This document shows positions 27,867-38,025 of a DNA stretch of 64,000 bases, in pieces. The notes under the pieces are model-generated. The model ran no database searches and was not told the origin of the DNA. It saw only the letters and a program-made list of their open reading frames with translations. The position numbers were made by a program, and so were the translations under genes. This DNA comes from a virus. The stretch is taken from the IMG/VR virus record IMGVR_UViG_3300044750_000003, positions 1-64,000 of that record; one strand, 5' to 3'. Each line of letters starts with the position of its first letter. Position 1 is the stretch's first letter.

Positions 27867-28789
27867 TGTCACTAACCATAGTACAAAATAAAACAGGATT
27901 TGTAAACGCACCCGTAGCTGCTACCGATACAGGATGGAGCATAAGCGAGGGCTTCGGTGTCCATGTTGCGTGTCAATCAGGAAGTATCACATCTTTAACA
28001 AACTTTGGTTTAGTAATCGGCAGACAATATATTTTTACTTATACAGTTGACCAACTTACAAGCGGAGAGGTTCATATATTAGCAGGAACAGCAGCAGGAA
28101 CGAACAGGACTACCAACGGCACTTTTACCCAAACCTTAACACAAACAGGCGATACCACTTTATCATTCTTTTCAGATGGTAACTTACGTATATCAGCCAT
28201 AAAATTCTATGATTTACTTTTAGGGCCACAGGATGCACAGGTAATTTCCTTTTTCGACAAGGCCAATAAATGGACAGCCGATTATCAATACTCCAACGAT
28301 GTAATGGCTAAATTCATTGATAGTTTTGTCAGTTGGAAAGACGGTGCACTTTGGGTACACAATACCAACCCTATTCAAAACAATCTTTACGGGGTACAGT
28401 ACTCATCAAAAATAACCATTATAGTAAATGTTGACTATCAAAAGGAAAAACTATATTATAATTTCAGGATGGATGCCGTAGGTAATTGGTATATGCCATC
28501 TATATCAACACCTGACAGTAATCAGTTCCCAAATGGGATGTTAACACAGTTGAAAAAGAACAACTTTAAACTGATTGACAATAAACTTTGGAGCTCAATA
28601 TTGAATGACGTCAATGACCCTAACTTTGCCACTATAAGCGACCCGACACAAAGGAGATTGGCAGCTTTATTTGGTGGTAGAAAAATGCAGGGTGGTTGGC
28701 TTATTGTTGATCTCCAATGTGATTCAACCGAGTATCATGAGATATCTTCGATCAGCACGTACTACACTGATGTTTATAGGGACATTTAA
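27866..28789 (+). CDS. hypothetical virion-module protein
   Basis: 307 aa, TAATG coupling to the upstream gene. Confidence 0.6.
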   Translation: MSLTIVQNKTGFVNAPVAATDTGWSISEGFGVHVACQSGSITSLTNFGLVIGRQYIFTYTVDQLTSGEVHILAGTAAGTNRTTNGTFTQTLTQTGDTTLSFFSDGNLRISAIKFYDLLLGPQDAQVISFFDKANKWTADYQYSNDVMAKFIDSFVSWKDGALWVHNTNPIQNNLYGVQYSSKITIIVNVDYQKEKLYYNFRMDAVGNWYMPSISTPDSNQFPNGMLTQLKKNNFKLIDNKLWSSILNDVNDPNFATISDPTQRRLAALFGGRKMQGGWLIVDLQCDSTEYHEISSISTYYTDVYRDI

Positions 28790-28800
28790 AATATAAGACA

Positions 28801-29271
28801 ATGACATACGTATCAGCGGCCGCCGCAGCACAAAAAAGGATACCATTAAGTAATGGTCAACGGCAGGAATGGAATAGTTTTTTGAACTACCTTAAACAAA
28901 AAGGTGTGCAGGGGAGTACGGCTTTGGATGATAGGGATACAGGATTAGGGCAAAAGTTAATGGAAGAATACAGGACACAAAATCCACATTTTTCATTAAC
29001 GTACGACCAAGTGCCCCAAGTGCAGCAAGATTTACAAAACTACAGGCAACAACTCATACAGAAGTGGAAAGCTAACCCTAAAACAGCACCTGATGTAAAG
29101 GATGAGAGTGAGATAATGGGTGGAATAAGCCCCGTTGACGGTTGGTTAGGAAGTAAAACAAGTTCATATCGTTATCCTGTGGCAACGTTAAATACCTCAG
29201 ATGGCAATAAGGTCAGCTATGGCACTGACGTAAATTCATACGATGCAGCAATAGCTAATATTAAGAAATAA
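28801..29271 (+). CDS. hypothetical protein
   Basis: 156 aa ORF on the structural-run strand. Confidence 0.55.
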   Translation: MTYVSAAAAAQKRIPLSNGQRQEWNSFLNYLKQKGVQGSTALDDRDTGLGQKLMEEYRTQNPHFSLTYDQVPQVQQDLQNYRQQLIQKWKANPKTAPDVKDESEIMGGISPVDGWLGSKTSSYRYPVATLNTSDGNKVSYGTDVNSYDAAIANIKK

Positions 29272-29292
29272 AAAATTATCTTTATCAGAAAT

Positions 29293-29742
29293 ATGGAAAC
29301 CTACACAGAAGATCAGGTACTTGATTTAGTTGAAGCAGAAATAGCCTCAAGACCACAACTTGACTTACCTGTAGCTGCCTGTTTTACAAAAGGGTTATAC
29401 TCCCGTCAATTGTTTATGCCTGCCGGAATTGAGATCAGCAGCGAGTGTCATAAAACACAGCATCAATTTATCATAGCCTTTGGAGTGGTGGATATCTACC
29501 TTAAAGGACGTGGATGGGAAAGGGTAGCAGGATATAAGCATGGTATCACAGAACCGGGCACAAGGCGTGTTTTCAGAACGATTACAGATACGATGCTGAT
29601 AACCTTTCACCCTATTGATAAAGAATTGAAGGACGACACCATAGAGGGTATACAGGAACTGGAAGCCTTGGTGAGGTATGATATCATAGAAAAAAGAGTA
29701 AACCCGTATTTAAACGGTGGTAAAAAGGAGGAACTAACATGA
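29293..29742 (+). CDS. hypothetical protein
   Basis: 149 aa ORF, ATGA coupled to the next gene. Confidence 0.55.
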   Translation: METYTEDQVLDLVEAEIASRPQLDLPVAACFTKGLYSRQLFMPAGIEISSECHKTQHQFIIAFGVVDIYLKGRGWERVAGYKHGITEPGTRRVFRTITDTMLITFHPIDKELKDDTIEGIQELEALVRYDIIEKRVNPYLNGGKKEELT

Positions 29743-30428
29743 CTTTTATAGCGGCAGCAGCGATCGGTTCTGTAGCGTTGGGGGCATATAAAACTATTAA
29801 CGGGGCAAATCAAACAGCTAAAGCAAATCGCTTGGCTAAGAGCAATATTTTTACACCCGAAGAAATGCCTTATGAAGTGGGGTTGGGTACTGACCTTGCC
29901 GCGCGTAACTATACCAATGGGATGCCGGGAACAGCGAACGCTGTAAACAACATTAACCGCAATGCCGCTACCCAATTTTACAGGGGGCAACAAGGGGCAA
30001 CATCAGGGGGTGATATCCTTGATTTAGCTACCCGTATAGGACAGGGAACTAATATGGCCACAAATCAGTTAGGCGCACAGGAAGCGCAGTACAAATCAGG
30101 GGCGCTAAACCAATACGAGGGCGCTTTAAACAATCAGGCTAACTGGCAAAAACAACTATATAACAATAACACTTTACAACCCTATTTAAGAACAGCTAAC
30201 CTTGCCTCATCTATGTATGGCGCAGGGCAACAGAATATGTACAGCGGCCTTGATGATATTGGTTCTAGTGTTGTAGGTGCAGCAAGTGCCTTTGGTGCTA
30301 ATAATAAGCCACCACAATCTACTTTCTTCAATCCGAATACCTCGCCATTACAGGCATCAGGCGGGACTTATACCTCAAGTTATCCTGACCAGCAAATAAC
30401 ACCTTATCAAATCCCCAACTCACTATAA
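29739..30428 (+). CDS. putative internal virion protein with an N-terminal TM helix
   Basis: N-terminus FIAAAAIGSVALGAY, G/Q/N/A-rich body. Precedes two larger Q/A-rich proteins, as in podovirus ejection-protein sets. Confidence 0.4.
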   Translation: MTFIAAAAIGSVALGAYKTINGANQTAKANRLAKSNIFTPEEMPYEVGLGTDLAARNYTNGMPGTANAVNNINRNAATQFYRGQQGATSGGDILDLATRIGQGTNMATNQLGAQEAQYKSGALNQYEGALNNQANWQKQLYNNNTLQPYLRTANLASSMYGAGQQNMYSGLDDIGSSVVGAASAFGANNKPPQSTFFNPNTSPLQASGGTYTSSYPDQQITPYQIPNSL

Positions 30429-32002
30429 TGGCTGACGAAACAATAGGAGGATTTGAGGGAGATCAGACCGGAATGGGTCAGGGGCTTGCCTACGTGTTGC
30501 CACAAAGCAGGACGACAGGCTATTTTATGCAGTTGGCAAATGAGAGGGCACACCAAAGACGGGCTGAGGCAGCGGCACTACAGGCACAGCAGCAAAAGGC
30601 AAACGAGGACTATGCCAACCACTTATATGCATTTAAAACCCCTGAGATAGCCAATGAGTATACTAAATGGCTACAGCCAAAGTTTGACGACCTGTTATCT
30701 CAGGCATCAGACTACCATGCTCAGACAGGGCAAGACCCATTTACTAATCCACACTTTGTTCAACAGACAAACGACCTTAATACCGTAGCAAAGTCTACCC
30801 ATCAGGCTAATTTAAGGGCAACAGCTTTAGGGACTGCTTTGGCAGATAAGAGCAAGAACTACACTCCTGAAAGCAAACAGGCAAATACCGAATGGCTGCA
30901 AAACTATTATAAAGACCCTGTAGGTAGCTTATATAATGCACCACCACCGTTACAGCAACGCGACCTTGATCTGAATGACGCGGTTAAATTAGGCCATGCC
31001 AATGCGAATGTAAGGAGTGCGGGAGGGTTTACGATTACAGAACCAAACAGCCACAACCACGTAGTACAAGGGCAGGCTATTTTAAGCCAACCTGAGTTTG
31101 CACCTTACCTGCAACAGAATGGTATCAACCCAACAGTAGGGGATGCTTTCGGGCAACCTAACGGCCACGGTGGAACAATATACCCTACAGATGCCCCTAC
31201 AGTAAACGCTATAGCCGACCACATTATACAAAACGCTACACAGCCGCATTTTGCCTCAACGTTACAAGCAGCAGGAATAGACCCTGCCGACCCACATGCA
31301 AAGGATAAACTGACGGAGTTGGTACAGCGTCAAAACGCAGGGTATGGTAAAGTGTTGGGTGATTTCAGGGACAGGATGAATGCTAATGTAGAAACTAAGA
31401 AAGTACCCGACTATAACCCTGAAAGAATTGAACAGGGATGGCAACGTATTTTTGATGCACAGCAAAGGCATAATGACGCCCAAGCAAAACAAACTACTCC
31501 TATATATAGGCAAAATTGGGTAACAGGAATGTTGAGTGGCGATGCTGATAGCGGAGAACAATTGAAAGCTAAAATAGATGCTGACCCAAGTTATGATAAA
31601 AACTCATATGGTGGCTTAGGCTTTCATATTGGTAAAATGGGGACTAAGATAGCCCTGAACGTTCCTGCTAAGACAGTTTTAAACGCAGCAGGGGAAACAA
31701 TAGAAAAGATACCACAAAGACAGATAGTCGTAGATAAAGCCGACCCTAATGCTGATATAAAGCTAAACGAGGCTGTAAATCAATTAACAGGTGAAAAGGT
31801 AGACATTTCAGCATTAAGAACATTAGGTGGTAAAAAACATTTACCTGTAGTGGAAAACAATGCACAGCCAACATCAGCACCACATGGTAAAGTAGCAACT
31901 ATGCAACAAATACAATCCAAGGTAGGTACTAAAGGCTATGAGGGATACACAGCACAGGAATTGGCAGATTATTATAAAGCACAGGGATATACAATTAAAT
32001 AA
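30428..32002 (+). CDS. putative internal virion protein
   Basis: 524 aa, TAATG coupling at both ends, Q/A/N-rich. Confidence 0.4.
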   Translation: MADETIGGFEGDQTGMGQGLAYVLPQSRTTGYFMQLANERAHQRRAEAAALQAQQQKANEDYANHLYAFKTPEIANEYTKWLQPKFDDLLSQASDYHAQTGQDPFTNPHFVQQTNDLNTVAKSTHQANLRATALGTALADKSKNYTPESKQANTEWLQNYYKDPVGSLYNAPPPLQQRDLDLNDAVKLGHANANVRSAGGFTITEPNSHNHVVQGQAILSQPEFAPYLQQNGINPTVGDAFGQPNGHGGTIYPTDAPTVNAIADHIIQNATQPHFASTLQAAGIDPADPHAKDKLTELVQRQNAGYGKVLGDFRDRMNANVETKKVPDYNPERIEQGWQRIFDAQQRHNDAQAKQTTPIYRQNWVTGMLSGDADSGEQLKAKIDADPSYDKNSYGGLGFHIGKMGTKIALNVPAKTVLNAAGETIEKIPQRQIVVDKADPNADIKLNEAVNQLTGEKVDISALRTLGGKKHLPVVENNAQPTSAPHGKVATMQQIQSKVGTKGYEGYTAQELADYYKAQGYTIK

Positions 32003-32142
32003 TGGGTACAGTAGACGACGAATTATTGCCACCTCAGCCTAAAAAGGTTAGTTCAGGAGACGATGGGTTACCCCCGCCGCCTCCTAAAAAAAAATATACC
32101 CCACGCTACTACTGGCACAAGTTCTGTAACTGGTTTAGGTAA
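32002..32142 (+). CDS. 46 codon ORF, possibly the true N-terminus of the 1548 aa protein via a shift at an A9 run
   Basis: The ATG at 32002 overlaps the previous TAA (TAATG). The A9 tract at 32086-32094 separates this frame from the long ORF frame by one nucleotide. Confidence 0.3.
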   Translation: MGTVDDELLPPQPKKVSSGDDGLPPPPPKKKYTPRYYWHKFCNWFR

Positions 32143-35100
32143 TATAGACCAAAGTTTCCAAGCGCATACTGAAAATACTACGCCTTTTACCCCTGCTTAC
32201 CACGAACAACAGGCAGCGCAAAGACAGCAGCAATCCGATCAACTTCAAGGACAGCTACAGGCTTTTAGTGAGGCACAGAGCGGTAATGTAGGCGAACAGC
32301 CCCAATCTACAGATCAAATAAAGGCGTATAAAGCACCTACTTTAGGACAAAAATCAGCCTTTGAACTGAAATCTATTGCAGGTAGTTTAAGCAAGGGTAT
32401 AGCCAATATGACTATAGCCCCACTCTACGAAGCAGGCAATAAATTAGGTTTGGTAAGTGATGAAGAAAAAGCAGATATACTGAGGCAAGTATCTGATAGC
32501 GATAAAGAAACCTTTGGCTTAGACCCGCATAATTTGCAACACGGGGACAACATGGTTCATAATGCCATTAATCAGTTTGCTTTCATGGCACCTGCTTTAA
32601 TCACCGCGCCCGGAACAGGTGGCGCAAGCTTTGGCTTACAGTCAGCAGGACAGGCAGCTACGGCTGTTCAAAAGATGAAGGATAACGGCGTGGAGTTTAA
32701 TAACCACTCCGATGACCTGTTTATATTAGGTTCAGGACTGATAGGAACAGCTTTGGGACGCGGTAGTATGGGTAAGCTATTTGGCTCATTAGGCAGTGCC
32801 ACCAAGAATAATATCGTTACAGGGCTGACCGCCGATGTGATAAAGGAGTTAGGAGAGAAAGGCACACAGGCGACAGCCGATGATATTACGCAGGCTTTTT
32901 TGGCAAAGGCAGGTACTTTGGCTGATAAAGTTGGGCAAACCGGATTGGCGGGATTACAGCAATACGCTAAAGTAGGAACTGAATTGTCGGCAGCAAACGC
33001 CGCTACTTTTGGGACTAAGAAGTTAGCCAATGCAGTAAGCGGTAATGAGCCATTTACAGACACTACAGGGCAAGATTTTGTTCAGGGAGTAGCAGAACCT
33101 TTCGGATTAGATAAAGACGCTCACGGCAATCCTTTGACGGCTATAGCGAACATGGCAACCTCTCCCGCAGGAGTGTTCGGTGCTATAGGTGCAGGTTCAG
33201 AAGCTTTAGGATTAATAGGAAATAAAGCACCAATCATAGAAAGCCTTCAAAATGATAACTCTCCTGAGAATGTTAGCGCAGTAAAACAACAGTTGGCACA
33301 AACAGGGCAATCAAGGGGGTGGAATGAGCAGCAGATAGCTGATGCCAGTAAAGGGGTTGACCTGCTTTCTTCAACTGTAGGGAAACTACCAAAAAACCTG
33401 TCACCTGAAAAGATGCAGAAGGGGGTATCGCTGATAATGGGACAGGATGAGTTACAGCAGCAGTTAACCGACTTACAGCAGCAACGCTCACAATTACACC
33501 CATCAGTTTCAGAGATAGTAACACCACAGGAAGAATTGATACAGAATAAGATAGACCAAGCCAATGATAAACTTAAAAGTTTAGTGACAGGCGATAAGGT
33601 AACTTATTCAAAAGGAACTGAGGCGAATGGTGAGGAAGGTCAATATTTTAAAACTGCTAATGGTGAAAAGGAAGAAATAACCCCACAAAGGTATGAACTG
33701 GAAAGTTTAGAAAGAGAAGTAAAAGCTGATGCAAATAAACAAACTGAACCGACTACTGAAAATGTCGTACCTGAAACACCGCAGGAAAATGTTACTGAAA
33801 AAGTTAATGAAGAACCTCAAACTAATATAGGAGAACCAAGTGATGCCGATAAAATCGAAAGCACAAGAACGCTACCTTTGGAGCCAACACCCGGAAATAG
33901 CGAAACGTTGGGAGAAGGAAACGCCGGACAGGAAGAACTTGCCGGAGAAAGTAAGCCCGAAAGTATCAGCAGCAGCGATGCACAGCAAAAAGAAGAAGTA
34001 ATACCGTCTGCCGAAGAAGGAACTATTACCGAACCCAAGGCAACTGATGAAGAACCCATAGGTATATCGCGGGAAGAAACTAAAAAGCAACGTGAAATAA
34101 GGGGACTTGAAGATTTGCCGGAAGCAGACCGTGTTACGCTTTCAGATATGTTCGATGAAGGTAAAAAAGCCGTTGAGGATAAGGAGATAAACCCTACTGA
34201 ACTTGCTTCGCATATCGCAGATAAACCGCGTAACCTTGCACCAAAAGAAGTAAACGCCTTACTGTATGACAGGCAAAATATCAGGGAGCAATTGGATAAT
34301 ATCAAAACTGAAATTGATAAGCACTTAGATACTGAAAATAGCTCGCCTGAATCAATGGAGTTACTACAGTCAAGACAACGCCTTTTAGAGAACCAACTAG
34401 ACACCAACGAACGTGCTTTGCGTTACGGTGCAAGGCAAAACTCATTGGCTTTAAACGCTATGAAAAGCATGATTAATGCGGATTATACTTTGGCGGAACA
34501 ACGTGCAAGGATGAGAGTAGCGGCAGGTGGTGAACTTACACCTGCTATGGAGGCTGAACTTGAAAAATATAAAGCAGAACGCGATAAAGCAGTTAAAGAT
34601 TTAGAGGACTACCAAAACTCACAAAAAGAGGGTAAGGTAAAAAAAGAGGTAGATATTGAAAAGCGTAAAGCTACTAAGTCAGCTACCAAAGAATCACTAA
34701 AGGCCGAACGTAAATCTATTGTAGAAGATTTCAGGGCTGAACTAAAGAAGATGCGCCAAAGCGGGTCTTTCAATAGTGCAGGGAAAGCTTCAGTAGAGTT
34801 TTTACAGGCAGCGGCACCTTTTATGCGTAGAATGCTGACTAACCTTGTAAAAGACGGTATAGTTGAGGTAAAGGATATAGTAGCGGCTATCAGGGATGAG
34901 TTTAAGGATGATATTGAGGGATTGACTGACAGGGATGTAATGGATGCCCTTTCAGGAAAGCACAATAAAAAAATTGAAACCAAAAATGAATTATCAGAAC
35001 AGCGTAAGGCTATAGTAAGAACGCTTGACCTGACTACACGTCTTGAAGATTTAAAGAACAGGGAGATACCCGAAAAGAATGAGCGCAGACAGGTGCAAAA

Positions 35101-36709
35101 GAATAAAGAGATAGCGAGCCTTGAAGAACAGATCAAAGAGGAAAAGAAAAAAATAAGCTTTGAAACAGCGGAAGATAGGGGTAAGGAAAGCCTGCGTAAA
35201 AAATTGGACAGGATAAATGAGCACATTAAAAATAATGACTTTGAACCCCCTATACCTAAAAATACGATTAAGCCTGATGCTGAAAGAATAACCTTAGAGG
35301 CTAAAGTAAAAAAGGCTGAGAATAATTTTGATGCGATGGCTGAAAGGCTAAACTCGCATACCAAAAGTAAACTTGAAAAAATACTTACTACTATTCAACA
35401 GATAAGGAGAGGTATGCTGCTTTCAGGTACTAAAACATTGGCTAAACTTTATTCCTTTGCAACAGCAAGAAGTGTCACTACTCCGATGGAAGAAGCAGTA
35501 GCAGGGTTAAATACTAAGGTTCCGTTTTTAAGCAGGATATCTAAGAACTCACCACGTTTCTCCAAAGGTTTTAATCCTAAAGCAGAAGCAGAGGCAATTA
35601 GCACCCGTTGGTCAGTAGCAACCCTAAAAGATAGCTGGATAGATGTACTTAAAACAGGCGTGGGAGAGTTAGACAGGTTATACGGTAAGCAGGGAGTGGA
35701 TAAGGACTTCGACCTGAACCCATCGGCACTTGAATTTTTCGGCAGGCTACACGGGGCTTTTAAGAATTCAACCAAGCGTGCAGAGTTTTTCAGGTCGTTC
35801 CAAAAGAGGTTAGAATTTGCTGCAAAAGAGGGACAGGATATCAATGACCCTAACGTGCAGTTTGCAACGGGTTTAGAGGCTTATGCTGACGCTAAACGCT
35901 CTATCCTTATGAATGATAACATTTTGGTAGATAAGGGCTACAAAAGCCTGTTAAGGGGCTTAGAACAAAGTGATAAAACCAACAAGAATAATACAGGTAA
36001 AGTTATAGCTGCTGTAATAAAAGGATTGTTCCCTATCGTAAAAATACCTACCAACTATGTAGTAGAAAGCCTTGATGTGGCAACCTTTGGCGCAAGGGCA
36101 ATTCCTAACCTGATAAAAGCTATGAGTAAAGGCGCTGATAGCCTTACACCCAAGGAATCAGATATGGTAATGAGAACGCTTGCCAAAGGACAGATAGGGT
36201 TAGCCTTAATGATTTATGCCTATGCCAATCCTGATATGTTTGGGGGCTATTACTCAGGAAAGCGTAAAGAAACTGATTTAAAACCGGGAGATATAAAAAT
36301 GTTCGGCGTTACTTTGCCACACTTTTTAAGTCATAACCCTTATTTTGAGGCTATGCAGATAGCGGCAACCATGAGAAGGGCGGTAGATGCAGCGGATAAG
36401 AGCAAGAAGAAAAATAAACCTAACGGTGTGGTTACAGGAACTAAGAACGCTATAAAGGGGCTGACAGAGCAAATACCGTTTACAAGTGCAGGTGAAGTAT
36501 TAGGCAGTCATAATGAGAGCGTTGGTGATGTAGTAGGTAAAACAACTAAAAACCTGATTGAGCCACGCCTATTACAGGAAGCAGCAGAATGGACAGACCC
36601 TGACACCGATGACAAGCATAAGCGCAATCCTAAGGGCTTCCAAGAGCAGTTGGAAAGTGGTGTACCGGGATTGCGTGAACAAGTCCCTATAAAAAAGAAG
36701 AAAAAATAA
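32063..36709 (+). CDS. giant virion protein (ejection/internal core or tape-measure-like)
   Basis: 1548 aa ORF with long charged coiled-coil segments and a C-terminal hydrophobic stretch LALMIYAYANPDMFGG. Confidence 0.7.
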   Translation: MGYPRRLLKKNIPHATTGTSSVTGLGNIDQSFQAHTENTTPFTPAYHEQQAAQRQQQSDQLQGQLQAFSEAQSGNVGEQPQSTDQIKAYKAPTLGQKSAFELKSIAGSLSKGIANMTIAPLYEAGNKLGLVSDEEKADILRQVSDSDKETFGLDPHNLQHGDNMVHNAINQFAFMAPALITAPGTGGASFGLQSAGQAATAVQKMKDNGVEFNNHSDDLFILGSGLIGTALGRGSMGKLFGSLGSATKNNIVTGLTADVIKELGEKGTQATADDITQAFLAKAGTLADKVGQTGLAGLQQYAKVGTELSAANAATFGTKKLANAVSGNEPFTDTTGQDFVQGVAEPFGLDKDAHGNPLTAIANMATSPAGVFGAIGAGSEALGLIGNKAPIIESLQNDNSPENVSAVKQQLAQTGQSRGWNEQQIADASKGVDLLSSTVGKLPKNLSPEKMQKGVSLIMGQDELQQQLTDLQQQRSQLHPSVSEIVTPQEELIQNKIDQANDKLKSLVTGDKVTYSKGTEANGEEGQYFKTANGEKEEITPQRYELESLEREVKADANKQTEPTTENVVPETPQENVTEKVNEEPQTNIGEPSDADKIESTRTLPLEPTPGNSETLGEGNAGQEELAGESKPESISSSDAQQKEEVIPSAEEGTITEPKATDEEPIGISREETKKQREIRGLEDLPEADRVTLSDMFDEGKKAVEDKEINPTELASHIADKPRNLAPKEVNALLYDRQNIREQLDNIKTEIDKHLDTENSSPESMELLQSRQRLLENQLDTNERALRYGARQNSLALNAMKSMINADYTLAEQRARMRVAAGGELTPAMEAELEKYKAERDKAVKDLEDYQNSQKEGKVKKEVDIEKRKATKSATKESLKAERKSIVEDFRAELKKMRQSGSFNSAGKASVEFLQAAAPFMRRMLTNLVKDGIVEVKDIVAAIRDEFKDDIEGLTDRDVMDALSGKHNKKIETKNELSEQRKAIVRTLDLTTRLEDLKNREIPEKNERRQVQKNKEIASLEEQIKEEKKKISFETAEDRGKESLRKKLDRINEHIKNNDFEPPIPKNTIKPDAERITLEAKVKKAENNFDAMAERLNSHTKSKLEKILTTIQQIRRGMLLSGTKTLAKLYSFATARSVTTPMEEAVAGLNTKVPFLSRISKNSPRFSKGFNPKAEAEAISTRWSVATLKDSWIDVLKTGVGELDRLYGKQGVDKDFDLNPSALEFFGRLHGAFKNSTKRAEFFRSFQKRLEFAAKEGQDINDPNVQFATGLEAYADAKRSILMNDNILVDKGYKSLLRGLEQSDKTNKNNTGKVIAAVIKGLFPIVKIPTNYVVESLDVATFGARAIPNLIKAMSKGADSLTPKESDMVMRTLAKGQIGLALMIYAYANPDMFGGYYSGKRKETDLKPGDIKMFGVTLPHFLSHNPYFEAMQIAATMRRAVDAADKSKKKNKPNGVVTGTKNAIKGLTEQIPFTSAGEVLGSHNESVGDVVGKTTKNLIEPRLLQEAAEWTDPDTDDKHKRNPKGFQEQLESGVPGLREQVPIKKKKK

Positions 36710-36736
36710 TTATATATTTAAACAAAATTTAAAACT

Positions 36737-37234
36737 ATGGCAGCCTTTTTACCATCCGTATCATTGGAGCAGAGCGCGGACGGCTCCACAGTAATTATAA
36801 CCGATGTTTCCAACTACTCGACAAATTCCGATGGCGTTTTGCTTGCTAATATAATTTCACGTACAGATGTTATTCAGGACGGCTTAGGAAACGCCATAGC
36901 CACGGTAGTATTTGTACCGGGTTCTCTTACTGCTACCGTAACTATTACCAAAGATTATTACATGAATAATACTTTATCTTTTGTAATACCGGGGCCAGTA
37001 ACTAAAATAGCCATAGAAAACTTTGATGCCTTTAACTTTTACAGGAACGCAGCGAGGGAAGTATCACGTAAACTAAGGTGCTGTAACTGCAATAACCTTT
37101 GCAACTCTGCGGTAAAGGCTGACTTAGCTTTTACAGAGGCAGAAACAGCTTATCAGTTTGGTGTGCCCTCTGAATCACAGAACGCTATAGATGATGCCAA
37201 CGCACTGATTAATTCGGAGGATTGTCTATGCTAA
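36737..37234 (+). CDS. hypothetical protein
   Basis: 165 aa ORF in the structural run. Confidence 0.55.
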   Translation: MAAFLPSVSLEQSADGSTVIITDVSNYSTNSDGVLLANIISRTDVIQDGLGNAIATVVFVPGSLTATVTITKDYYMNNTLSFVIPGPVTKIAIENFDAFNFYRNAAREVSRKLRCCNCNNLCNSAVKADLAFTEAETAYQFGVPSESQNAIDDANALINSEDCLC

Positions 37235-38025
37235 CTGCATTACAATATGCCTCAGCCGTATTTAATGCTGAAAGGGCTAATGCTGTACTTATAGGTAACT
37301 TACGGGCAAAGGAAGCTTTAGGCTGCTACCCCAACTGGAATACCGCGATGTGTCAGGGTTTAAAGATCAAGTCAGGCTTTTGGTCGCTCAATATGGAAGA
37401 TTACAGCAGTGTTCCATCGGTAGATATTTATAACCAACTATTAGTTATTGGCTCATCATGGTTTGGGGGTATAGCCTTTGACCCTAATGCGCAATTACCG
37501 GGAAACACGATTATACTCGGGGGTGTGGAAAGTGACTTTACCCAAAGTGAAAGGATACCATTCACCGCTAATACCACGCTTACTATCAGCAACTGGCCGA
37601 CGAATTACTGGCCTACTTATGGCGACAATCCTGAAATACAGGTGTTCACCCTTGATAGCGAAGATGGGCAGTATAAAGAAGACACGAATACAGTACCTAC
37701 CTATGTATATCCGGGTAATGACTTTACCCAAAGGCTGGATAGTATTGTTTGGACATGGCCAATAGTCACTACTGGCTATTATGTAATATCAGGTAAGAAA
37801 CCAAATAGCAGTTCAGGGGGTACTTATGTACCACCACCGCAGGCTTTACTACCTATTACCAATTTAAGTACAGACTTATTAAGTGATGCAGAACTAAACG
37901 CATTATACTCATTTGCACAATGGGGGCAGCTAATCCTGTTACCGAATGTGCCTGCTAAATACGAAAAATTAGATAACTCACCTACAGGACAATGGGACTT
38001 ACAAACATATACGCCAAATACTTAG
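37222..38025 (+). CDS. hypothetical protein
   Basis: 267 aa ORF overlapping its neighbours by 13 and 34 nt. Confidence 0.55.
   Translation: MSMLTALQYASAVFNAERANAVLIGNLRAKEALGCYPNWNTAMCQGLKIKSGFWSLNMEDYSSVPSVDIYNQLLVIGSSWFGGIAFDPNAQLPGNTIILGGVESDFTQSERIPFTANTTLTISNWPTNYWPTYGDNPEIQVFTLDSEDGQYKEDTNTVPTYVYPGNDFTQRLDSIVWTWPIVTTGYYVISGKKPNSSSGGTYVPPPQALLPITNLSTDLLSDAELNALYSFAQWGQLILLPNVPAKYEKLDNSPTGQWDLQTYTPNT

Noticed and set aside
33817-35364. Long minus-strand ORFs inside the 1548 aa gene (33817-34407, 34609-35364). Similar antisense ORFs occur at 16420-16914, 32668-33063, 39997-40413 and 44823-45263.
   Set aside because: They lie wholly antisense within strong coding regions and have low-complexity S/L/C-rich translations with no independent start or stop context. 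They look like typical shadow ORFs of biased coding sequence.
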